NCBI GenBank assembly: GCA_964440965.1
Contig: CAYYKQ010000002.1
Coordinates: 1-47,586 of the forward strand
DNA: 47,586 nucleotides
Direction of reading: 5' to 3'
DNA from: an uncultured Anaerolineae bacterium
Lineage (GTDB): Bacteria; Chloroflexota; Anaerolineae; CAYYKQ01
Shown here: one piece after another, positions 6,926-15,038 of the stretch
Layout: every line of letters begins with the position of its first letter
Numbering within the stretch: the first letter of the stretch is position 1
Made by a program: the position numbers and the translations under genes
Notes under the pieces: model-generated
What the model was told of the DNA's origin: nothing
Seen by the model: only the letters and a program-made list of their open reading frames with translations
The model's database searches: none

Positions 6926-8230
6926 GTGAGAGGATTCATGGCGGCAGCAATCGAATTCGAAGACGTGTCCAAACGATTCATCGTCCATCGCGAAAAGCCT
7001 CGCTCCTTCCAGGAGCTGATGGTGAGCTTCCTCAAGCGCAACGATACCTCGCGGGAGGAGCTGTGGGCCCTGAGGGATGTCAGCTTCGCTGTGGAGCGAG
7101 GAGAGACCTTAGGCATCATCGGGCCTAATGGCTCGGGCAAGAGCACTCTCCTTAAACTGATCACCCGCATCCTAGAGCCGACTTCCGGGAGGATCACCGT
7201 CGATGGGAAGGTCTCAGCGCTGATCGAACTGGGTGCGGGCTTTCATCCCGACCTCACGGGCAGGGAGAACATCTTCCTCAATGGTTCCATCCTGGGCATG
7301 AGCAGGGGGGAGATGGAGGAGAAGTTCGAGGAGATAGTCAAGTTCGCGGAGCTGGAACGCTTCATCGATATGCCCTTGAAGCACTACTCCTCCGGGATGC
7401 AGATGCGGCTGGGCTTTGCCATCGCCACCAGCATGGACCCGGATATCCTGCTTATCGACGAGGTCCTGGCGGTAGGGGATGAGGCTTTCCAGCGAAAATG
7501 CCTGAGAAGGATCGCTGATTTCAAACATCGGGGGAAGACCATCGTCTTCGTCTCTCACGATCTGGGCTCCGTGCGGAGGCTGTGTGACCGGGTCATCTGG
7601 CTGGACGAAGGCGTCATCAGGGCCAGGGGTAGGCCCGACGAGGTGATCGTCCAATATCTGAGGGACATCGGCGAGGAGGCCCCGCTTAAGCCGGCCGTTC
7701 CAGCCGAGGAGGTGGGGCCGGCGGTGGAGGAGGAGACTGTCCAGCCCATAGAGGAACCAGCGGGGGCCGCCTCGCAGCCTCCCAGCCGCTGGGGCAGTGG
7801 CGAGGTGGAGATCACCAGGGTGGAGTTCCTTGATGAGAGGGGAAACCCCTGTCATACTTTCAGGACGGGCGAGCGGATGCTGGCCAGGATACACTACCTG
7901 GCCCACCGCAGGATCGAGAGGCCGGTCTTCGGCGTGGCCATCTACCGCAGCGACGGCGTCCATATCAACGGGCCGAACACTAAGGCCTCCAATTACGAGA
8001 TCGACCACATTGAAGGGGAAGGGAGCATAGACTATATCGTGGACTCGCTTCCTCTTCTGGAGGGGGAGTACCGATTTTCAGCAGCAATATATGATTACTC
8101 CTGCACCCATCCCTATGACCACCATGAGAGGATGTACTCTTTTGAGGTTCGACGGGGCCGGGTGAAGGATGCTTATGGGGTCTTTTACATCCCCTGTAGA
8201 TGGCGACTTACTGACCGGAGAGGTGAATAG
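6926..8230 (+). CDS. wzt: polysaccharide export ABC transporter ATP-binding protein with a C-terminal glycan-binding-type domain (Wzt family)
   Basis: Walker A GPNGSGKST, signature YSSGMQMRLGFA, Walker B LLIDEVLAVGD, H-loop VSHD. It carries an extra ~140-aa beta-rich C-terminal domain (RWGSGEVEITRVEFLDERGNPCHTFRTGERMLARIHY...). The track start is GTG 6926. ATG 6938 (MAAAIEF, GAGAGG 4 nt upstream) is an alternative. Confidence 0.85.
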   Translation: MRGFMAAAIEFEDVSKRFIVHREKPRSFQELMVSFLKRNDTSREELWALRDVSFAVERGETLGIIGPNGSGKSTLLKLITRILEPTSGRITVDGKVSALIELGAGFHPDLTGRENIFLNGSILGMSRGEMEEKFEEIVKFAELERFIDMPLKHYSSGMQMRLGFAIATSMDPDILLIDEVLAVGDEAFQRKCLRRIADFKHRGKTIVFVSHDLGSVRRLCDRVIWLDEGVIRARGRPDEVIVQYLRDIGEEAPLKPAVPAEEVGPAVEEETVQPIEEPAGAASQPPSRWGSGEVEITRVEFLDERGNPCHTFRTGERMLARIHYLAHRRIERPVFGVAIYRSDGVHINGPNTKASNYEIDHIEGEGSIDYIVDSLPLLEGEYRFSAAIYDYSCTHPYDHHERMYSFEVRRGRVKDAYGVFYIPCRWRLTDRRGE

Positions 8231-11200
8231 ATGGATCCACAAAATCCGTCGGATCTATACGATGTCTATTATTTTGCCACCGGCTGCGGACGACCATACC
8301 GTCGTGATGAGGAATGGCTGCGCTTCTTCGATTCGATCGCCGATCGCATTGCAAGAGATATCCGACCTTCCACAGTCTTGGATGTTGGTTGCGCTATGGG
8401 GTTCCTGGTGGAGGCTTTGCGCAAGCGGGGGGTAGAAGCGTTTGGGGTAGACATTTCAGAATATGCTATCCAAAACGTGCACCCAGACATCCAGCCATAC
8501 TGTTGGGTAGGATCGGCGACTGAGCCCTTTCCCCGGAAATACGACCTGATCGTTTGTGTTGAAGTATTAGAGCACCTACCGTCCCGCGAGGCGGAGCAGG
8601 CGGTCGAGAACCTCTGTCAGCATAGCGATGACATATTATTTTCCTCCACGCCGTTTGATTATAAAGAGCCAACCCACTGTAATGTTCAACCCCCGGAGTA
8701 TTGGGCCGAGCTGTTTGCACGCTACGGCTTCTTCCGCGATGTGGATTTCGATGCCTCTTTCATCACTCCCTGGGCAGTGCGCTTTCGAAGGACGCGCGAG
8801 CCTATAGCACGGGTGATCGCTGCCTACGAACGTCGTTTCTGGCAATTGTTGCAGGAAAACCGGGCACGCCGTGAATTCGGGCTTGAGCAGCGTAAGGAAT
8901 TGGCGGAGAAAGAACAGAGACTGCAAACGCTAAAAGCGCAGGTGGCGGAGAAAGAGCAAGCACTGCAAGCGCTGAGGGAGAAGGTACAAGAGCTAACTGT
9001 GCAGCTAAGCAACTGGGAGACGCGCTGGGCGCATCTTGAAAGGAGCATCGGTTGGGCACTCCTGCGGAGACTTCAATATTTGCGGTCGCGCATTGCTCCA
9101 CCTGGCAGCAGGAGGGATCAGTTGCTGGATGCAGTATTCCGTGGGTTACAAATGCCGAAGCGAGAGGCATTCATTGAATTGGTTCATCTTATCGTGCGGG
9201 GTATTTCCTGGCAGATAAGGATGCTCTCACGGAAAGCACAATTGTTTGCTAACCGCCGACCTCAGGGGCAGCTGGTTCGGATTAATCCGATTGAAGAGCG
9301 TCCTCCTGTGCAGACTCATCAGGCAAGCGTGGATATCATTGTATGCGTGCACAATGCTTTACCTGATGTGCAGCGTTGCCTGGAATCAGTCGTTCGTTAC
9401 ACCACTCCACCATATTCGCTTATCCTGGTGGATGACGGCAGCGAGTCAGAGACCTACAACTATCTATCTGAATTCGCCAATTCACACGGAGCTACCTTGT
9501 TGAGAAATGAAGAGGCAAAGGGGTATACCAGGGCAGCGAATCAGGGCCTGCGGCGATCCTCGGCGGATTACGTAGTTCTCCTGAACAGCGACACTGTTGT
9601 TACACCGGAGTGGCTGGACCGCCTTATCGCTTGCGCCGAGTCCGATCCTAGAATTGGACTCGTTGGGCCCCTCTCCAACACAGCCTCGTGGCAATCCATC
9701 CCGGAGGTGGAGTTTCAGGGCGATTGGGCTGTTAACCCGCTGCCAGCAGGGACGACGATAGAAGAGATGGGGAAGTTAGTAGCTCGATACTCGGCGCGCC
9801 TATATCCCTCCATGCCTTTTTTGAACGGCTTTTGTTTGTTGATCCGACGAGAATTGATTGAAGATATTGGCTACTTTGATGAAGAGACCTTTGGGGCGGG
9901 ATACGGTGAGGAGAACGATTATGCTCTTAGGGCTCGTAAAGCGGGATGGACGCTTGCCCTCGCTGACGATGCATATGTTTATCATGCGCAGTCCCGCAGT
10001 TACTCCACTGAGGCTCGGAAGCGTCTGGCCAAGCGAGCTAATACCCTTCTGGCCAAAAAGCACGGGCGGCAAATTATAAGCGAGGGAGTGGCTATCTGTC
10101 GGAGGGGGCGAATTTTGGAGGGCATTCGAGCACGGAGTCGAGTGATGATCGCCCGGCAGGAATGGATTAAGAAGGGGCGTGAGAGGTTTGCTGGGCGGCG
10201 TGTGCTTTTCCTCTTACCGATCGCTGCCCCTGGAGGTGGGGGTAACGTGGTCATCACTGAAGCGATGGCGATGCGCGAAATGGGCGTGGACGCGAGGATT
10301 TTTAACCTGGAGGCCCACCGCCAGGGCTTTGAGCGTGCCTATCCAGCGCTTGAGGTACCCGTGCTTTATGGGAGAATAGAGCACCTTAATGCTTTGGCTA
10401 GTGAGTATGACGCAGTCATTGCTACCCATAATGCCTCTGTGGAATGGCTGGCTTCTATTAATCGCCAGGACGGCTATCCGGTGAGGGGATACTATGTTCA
10501 GGATTTTGAACCTTACTTCTATGAACTCGGGACGAAGGATTTTCGGAGAGCCTGGGCCTCCTACACCCTCTTCCCCGACCTAGTGCGGTTCGTTAAGACA
10601 GAATGGACGCGCCAGGAGGTGAAAAGACAAATTGATGTGGAGTGCAGCGTGGTGGGGCCCAGCGTGGATATTGACCTGTTTCGGCCGCGTCCGCGTTCCG
10701 GGCCGGAGTGGCCGGACCGTCCTCTCAGGATTGCGGCCATGGTTCGCCCTGAGAGCCCTTACCGCAGCCCCAAATTGACAATGGAACTTCTGCGGCAGGC
10801 ATCCCGGCACTATGGTGTCGGTGTAGAAATAGTGATCTTTGGGACCTCTCTGGACGATCCAGGATTTGCTGAGCTGCCCCGTGACTTTGCCTGGAATCTC
10901 GCTGGTGTGCTTACCCAAAAGAAGGTAGCTCGCCTTTTGAACGAGGTTGATATTTTTGTGGATTTTTCCTCCCGTCAAGCGATGGGATTGACTGCTCTGG
11001 AGGCAATGGCTTGTGGGGCCGCCGTCATTGTCCCTGAACGAGGAGGGGCTGTCAGTTTTGCCCGACACGAGGAGAACAGCTTGGTGATAGATACCTCCTC
11101 TCCTGAGGCGTGTTGGCGCGCCCTGCAGCGTCTGATTGAGGACCACGATCTCCGTTTACGTCTTCAAAGAAATGCGCTTGTTGACGTGTGTGATCTCTTC

Positions 11201-11266
11201 CCCGAGCGCCCTGCTTTTAATATCCTGAACGCCCTCTTCGAGTCTGGGGACCCTAAGGTTTCATGA
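8231..11266 (+). CDS. four-module fusion: class I SAM methyltransferase / ~75-aa coiled coil / GT2 glycosyltransferase / GT-B (GT4-like) glycosyltransferase
   Basis: 1011 aa. Methyltransferase motif I VLDVGCAMGFLVEAL and DLIVCVEVLEHL. Heptad-rich LEQRKELAEKEQRLQTLKAQVAEKEQALQALREKVQELTVQLSNWE (nt ~8822..9046). GT2: VDIIVCVHNALPDVQRCLESV...LILVDDGS...LLNSDT. GT-B C-terminal half: FVDFSSRQAMGLTALEAMACGAAVIVPERGG. The ATG directly abuts the wzt stop (TAG-ATG). Confidence 0.8.
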   Translation: MDPQNPSDLYDVYYFATGCGRPYRRDEEWLRFFDSIADRIARDIRPSTVLDVGCAMGFLVEALRKRGVEAFGVDISEYAIQNVHPDIQPYCWVGSATEPFPRKYDLIVCVEVLEHLPSREAEQAVENLCQHSDDILFSSTPFDYKEPTHCNVQPPEYWAELFARYGFFRDVDFDASFITPWAVRFRRTREPIARVIAAYERRFWQLLQENRARREFGLEQRKELAEKEQRLQTLKAQVAEKEQALQALREKVQELTVQLSNWETRWAHLERSIGWALLRRLQYLRSRIAPPGSRRDQLLDAVFRGLQMPKREAFIELVHLIVRGISWQIRMLSRKAQLFANRRPQGQLVRINPIEERPPVQTHQASVDIIVCVHNALPDVQRCLESVVRYTTPPYSLILVDDGSESETYNYLSEFANSHGATLLRNEEAKGYTRAANQGLRRSSADYVVLLNSDTVVTPEWLDRLIACAESDPRIGLVGPLSNTASWQSIPEVEFQGDWAVNPLPAGTTIEEMGKLVARYSARLYPSMPFLNGFCLLIRRELIEDIGYFDEETFGAGYGEENDYALRARKAGWTLALADDAYVYHAQSRSYSTEARKRLAKRANTLLAKKHGRQIISEGVAICRRGRILEGIRARSRVMIARQEWIKKGRERFAGRRVLFLLPIAAPGGGGNVVITEAMAMREMGVDARIFNLEAHRQGFERAYPALEVPVLYGRIEHLNALASEYDAVIATHNASVEWLASINRQDGYPVRGYYVQDFEPYFYELGTKDFRRAWASYTLFPDLVRFVKTEWTRQEVKRQIDVECSVVGPSVDIDLFRPRPRSGPEWPDRPLRIAAMVRPESPYRSPKLTMELLRQASRHYGVGVEIVIFGTSLDDPGFAELPRDFAWNLAGVLTQKKVARLLNEVDIFVDFSSRQAMGLTALEAMACGAAVIVPERGGAVSFARHEENSLVIDTSSPEACWRALQRLIEDHDLRLRLQRNALVDVCDLFPERPAFNILNALFESGDPKVS

Positions 11267-12330
11267 ACCGACGGAGAATCCATATCCTCTTTGAATATGG
11301 TACTGACCTGCGCCCTCATGGCAGCGCGTATATTCGTCTGCTCCGCCCGCTGACGCACCCCACTCTCCGTGAGAGTCTGGAGGTTACCTCTGGCTTAAGC
11401 TACGATGGCCAAGATGTAGACGCAGTGATCGTAGATCGCCTCTGGCGGCCGGATATCTCACCGGCGTTAGCCGAAAACCTGGTGGAGAGTGTTCGCCGGG
11501 CAGGGGTGCGATTGATCTATGCCTTGGACGATAATTTCCTGGATCTCCCAGCAGAACGTAAGGATTGGCTCAAAGAAAGACATCTCTGGGTAATGCAATT
11601 TTTCCTCCGTCAGGCGGATGGCGTCATAGTGCCGGCCCAAGCGCTTCGGGAACGACTTTTGGACTTTAATCCAAACATTGTGGTCGTGCCCCATGCGCTC
11701 GACGAACGCCTGTTAGTGGGAGGAGGGCCACCTCGAGTAGATTCCCCCTTTGGACAAAGGCGCAAAATAATTGGTTATATGGGCACCCTGACGCATGATG
11801 ATGATCTGATGATGATCTTGCCTGTCTTTCAAACGATATGGGAGCGCCATCGCGGCGAGATCGAGTTCCAGATTGTGGGTGGTGTAGGGCGTGCAGACAC
11901 CCTCCAGGTTTTGAAAGAGTTGCCGGTGCGCGTGGTTAACCCCAGGCCAGAAGAAACAGAATATCCCCTTTTCATGCTGTGGTTCTCAAGCCGTATCCAC
12001 TGGGATATTGCTATTTCACCTCTAAAGGACACTCCTTTCAATCGCTGTAAATCGGATATCAAGTTCCTAGATTACAGCGCGATTGGGGCAGTGGGAATCT
12101 ACAGTCGTATCCCCGCTTATGAGTCAAGCGTGCGTCATTTGCAAACAGGGTGGCTGGCTGAAAATGAGGTTGACGCGTGGGTAGAAGCATTGGAGGAGTT
12201 GCTTTCTAACGATAGCCTCAGAATCCAAATGGCTCAGAACGCTATCCGATATCTCTACATGGAGCGTATCTTGGCTCGCTGTGCCCACAATTGGCTGAAA
12301 GCGCTAGAGAATCTGCTGGACGGTGCCTAG
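11263..12330 (+). CDS. putative glycosyltransferase (GT-B-like), specificity unknown
   Basis: 355 aa with an ATGA start/stop overlap with the upstream gene. Rossmann-like halves (RIHILFEYG..., RRKIIGYMGTLTHDDDL...EFQIVGG...). I do not recognise a precise family. Confidence 0.5.
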   Translation: MNRRRIHILFEYGTDLRPHGSAYIRLLRPLTHPTLRESLEVTSGLSYDGQDVDAVIVDRLWRPDISPALAENLVESVRRAGVRLIYALDDNFLDLPAERKDWLKERHLWVMQFFLRQADGVIVPAQALRERLLDFNPNIVVVPHALDERLLVGGGPPRVDSPFGQRRKIIGYMGTLTHDDDLMMILPVFQTIWERHRGEIEFQIVGGVGRADTLQVLKELPVRVVNPRPEETEYPLFMLWFSSRIHWDIAISPLKDTPFNRCKSDIKFLDYSAIGAVGIYSRIPAYESSVRHLQTGWLAENEVDAWVEALEELLSNDSLRIQMAQNAIRYLYMERILARCAHNWLKALENLLDGA

Positions 12331-12375
12331 TTCCTTGTCCGCACTATTACCAATGATGAAGGCTGCATACATAAG

Positions 12376-14019
12376 GTGAAAACAAAGAAGACATATAATT
12401 GGCTAGGTTGGGTACTGTTAATTGTTTCTCTCTTTGCCGGTTGCATTGTCCTATACTGGGGTAACTTCGGAGACGAAGCAGACAACCTTGTTGTTGGTTC
12501 ACTTCTTACACGTGGTTATGTCTTATACCGTGATATCTTCTCTCACCATTTCCCTTTCGCATACTACTGGGCAGCAGCTGTGGTGAGCCTGTTTGGAAAA
12601 TCTATTCTCGCGGCAAGATTATCTGTACTGCTTTTCCAGGTTACTTCGTTTGCAATTGCTATGAAGCTTAGTCGCTTTCGTCTGTCATTAGGTTTAGCGA
12701 GCCTGGTTTGGAACATTATTGGACATCTATACAAAGGCAACATGCTACTTTACAACATGTTTTGTGGTGCATCGCTTGTAGTTGTTTTCTCGGTCACACT
12801 CGCCATTGTCTCTCGAAAAATTGACGGAAACTGGAAGAGCATCCTTGCGATTGGACTGTTTTCAACGATTGCCATATTGTCTGATCCGCTTTCGATTTAT
12901 GCTATTGCTGTTACCCTCATCTTCCTTTTATCCACTCCACCCACAGGGTTAAAGCAAGGATTTGTCATGGGATTGATCATAGCGGTCGGACTCGCTGGTT
13001 ATGCTGGATACTTGCTTATCTCAGGAGCGTTTACGGATTTTATAAGAGATGCAATCACATTTAACTCGCAAATTTATAGTAAGTATGTTTATACTAACCC
13101 TGTGCGTTTCCATGATTTCTTTGAAATGTCTATAAAAGGACTTAAAATTTTTGATGCTACCTGGATGAATACCGATCCAATGAAACCAATATGCAATTCC
13201 TACACCGAATTTGATCGCTGGATATTTACAGGCTTCCTCTACAGGCTCTCGGTAATTTTAACCAGTTTGGCTTTTGTAATACGAAAAAGATTTCGCGCAG
13301 CCGGATTTATCTATCTTTTTGCCGCAGCACTATTAGTTATCAACGAATGGGATTTTCGTGCTGCTAGCTTCATTATGGTCGCTTTAGTTGCCGCAGCGGG
13401 ACTGATTGTTAAGCAATGGATGCGGCAACAACTGCATATAACTTTCATCTCGATATCGCAAATGGCATTCAGAGCCTTGGTTGGATGTATGCTAATCTGG
13501 CTAGTGATTCGTGTGGCAGCACACACTGCTGAAAATCGCCAGATGCTTTCCTATAAAGCCAATTTCGGAGTTTATGAATCTGAAGCTGCAAGGATTCAAA
13601 CCGAATTAGCTTGCGGTCGCTCCGATGTGCTACTTGCTTATTATCCTGGCAATCCATACATCTACTGGTTCACGGATATGAAGCCTGTTTCAAAATACAT
13701 TTTCATGTGGCCGTGGGTGGCTGAGATTGCCTTACCTGATGTGATAAACTGCTTGTCAGACACGCTCTCAGACAAGGGACTTGCAGTAGTTTATATCGCG
13801 GATGCTGAGATATGGGGACGTTATAAGACCAGAGACTATCTGCGCAGTCTACAAAGTTATTTGGAGGAAAGCTATGTGAAAGTTGAAGAAGGCTGGTATC
13901 TCTCGCCGGATCTAGCAGCGCAGTGTCATAAACAACAGGAAACCGGCGCACTGAGCAACAGCTCTGTGCACTCCAGCAAGATATTCTTGCCCCTCATACT
14001 CAAGAACCTTGGATGGTAA
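12376..14019 (+). CDS. GT-C-type polytopic membrane glycosyltransferase (ArnT/PMT GT39-like), AT-rich gene, ending in an FLPLILKN motif
   Basis: 547 aa with more than 10 hydrophobic helices. First-loop acidic motif GDEADNLVVGSLLTRGYVLYRDIFSHHFPFAYY. GTG start. C-terminus SKIFLPLILKNLGW. G+C is visibly lower than in neighbours (19, 27 and 28 of 60 in the three lines I counted). Confidence 0.7.
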   Translation: MKTKKTYNWLGWVLLIVSLFAGCIVLYWGNFGDEADNLVVGSLLTRGYVLYRDIFSHHFPFAYYWAAAVVSLFGKSILAARLSVLLFQVTSFAIAMKLSRFRLSLGLASLVWNIIGHLYKGNMLLYNMFCGASLVVVFSVTLAIVSRKIDGNWKSILAIGLFSTIAILSDPLSIYAIAVTLIFLLSTPPTGLKQGFVMGLIIAVGLAGYAGYLLISGAFTDFIRDAITFNSQIYSKYVYTNPVRFHDFFEMSIKGLKIFDATWMNTDPMKPICNSYTEFDRWIFTGFLYRLSVILTSLAFVIRKRFRAAGFIYLFAAALLVINEWDFRAASFIMVALVAAAGLIVKQWMRQQLHITFISISQMAFRALVGCMLIWLVIRVAAHTAENRQMLSYKANFGVYESEAARIQTELACGRSDVLLAYYPGNPYIYWFTDMKPVSKYIFMWPWVAEIALPDVINCLSDTLSDKGLAVVYIADAEIWGRYKTRDYLRSLQSYLEESYVKVEEGWYLSPDLAAQCHKQQETGALSNSSVHSSKIFLPLILKNLGW

Positions 14020-15038
14020 TGCGAAGCAAAATCTCGGTTATAATCTTAAACTGGAACGGCAAGCATTATTTAGAGCGATGCCTTTCCTCTACTTTGAAGC
14101 AGACCTACCCTAACTTCGAGGTCATCCTCGTTGACAACGCCTCAACCGATGGCTCTGTAGAGTTCATCAGGGAGAGATTCCCAGAGGTCAAGGTGATCTG
14201 CAATGAGAAGAATCTGGGCTTCGCAGCGGGGAATAACATCGCCATTAGAGCGACCCAAGGCGAGTATATCGCCACTTTAAACAACGATACTCAAGTTGAT
14301 CCGCATTGGCTGGAGGAGCTGGTCAGCGCTGCTGAGAGCGACCCCAAGATAGGCATGTGTGCCTCCAAGATGCTCTTCCTCCACCGGCCTGAGATCATCA
14401 ACTCCACAGGCATCAGCCTGGACAAGGCGTGCATCGCCTGGGATCGGCGAGGAGGGGAGCGAAATGAGGGCGATGAAAATGAACCGATCGAGGTATTTGG
14501 GCCCTGTGCAGGGGCGGCCCTTTATCGGCGAGAGATGCTCGAGCAGGTCGGCTTATTCGATGAGGACTTCTTCGCTTATTTAGAGGACGTTGACTTAGCC
14601 TGGCGGGCAAGACTCATGGGCTGGCGATGCTTATATGTCCCTACAGCAAAGGTCTATCACGTTCACTCGGCGACAGGGATAGAGGGTTCTCCCCTCAAAA
14701 CTTACCTTTTGGGTCGAAACAAAATATGGACGATCGTCAAGAACTACCCATCTCCCGAGCTCTTTCTGTTTCTGCCCCTTATCACATTCTATGATCTCGG
14801 TGCGGTCCTCTACGCCCTGATAATCGGAAGGGATGTTAACCCCCTGAGGGGAAGGATAGCGGGGTTGCGAGGGCTGGTTCGATTTCTGAGAAAAAGGAGA
14901 GAGATTCAAAGCAGAAGGATAATCCCCTTCTCCGCTTTAGCGCGATATCTCGAACCTATCGAAAACCCTATAAAGGTGTTAAGACGATATCAGCATTTAC
15001 AAAGTATGGTTTCAGAGGCCTCTAATGAAGAAAATTAA
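14013..15038 (+). CDS. GT2-family glycosyltransferase
   Basis: SVIILNWNGKHYLERCLSSTLKQTYPNFEVILVDNASTDGS, LNNDT, DVDLAWR. Overlaps the upstream stop. Confidence 0.85.
   Translation: MVMRSKISVIILNWNGKHYLERCLSSTLKQTYPNFEVILVDNASTDGSVEFIRERFPEVKVICNEKNLGFAAGNNIAIRATQGEYIATLNNDTQVDPHWLEELVSAAESDPKIGMCASKMLFLHRPEIINSTGISLDKACIAWDRRGGERNEGDENEPIEVFGPCAGAALYRREMLEQVGLFDEDFFAYLEDVDLAWRARLMGWRCLYVPTAKVYHVHSATGIEGSPLKTYLLGRNKIWTIVKNYPSPELFLFLPLITFYDLGAVLYALIIGRDVNPLRGRIAGLRGLVRFLRKRREIQSRRIIPFSALARYLEPIENPIKVLRRYQHLQSMVSEASNEEN

Noticed and set aside
7214-8008. 264-aa minus-strand ORF. Similar long antisense ORFs occur at 6183..6713, 10580..11146, 27299..27895, 32857..33636, 42780..43437 and 44245..45069.
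   Set aside because: All lie antisense or out of frame to genes with clear family motifs. They have Arg/Pro/Gly/His-biased composition and no start context. They are GC-skew shadow ORFs.
8822-9170. Cluster of minus-strand ORFs (8802..9170, 8824..9048) and Ala/Leu/Ser-rich translations under the coiled-coil region
   Set aside because: These are mirror-frame artefacts of the Glu/Lys/Gln/Ala/Leu-rich coiled-coil coding sequence of the 1011-aa gene.
12331-14019. AT-rich segment as a mobile element or genomic islet
   Set aside because: I found no integrase or transposase, tRNA, or flanking direct or inverted repeats. The segment is a single GT-C gene in frame with the operon organisation. I kept it only as a compositional observation.
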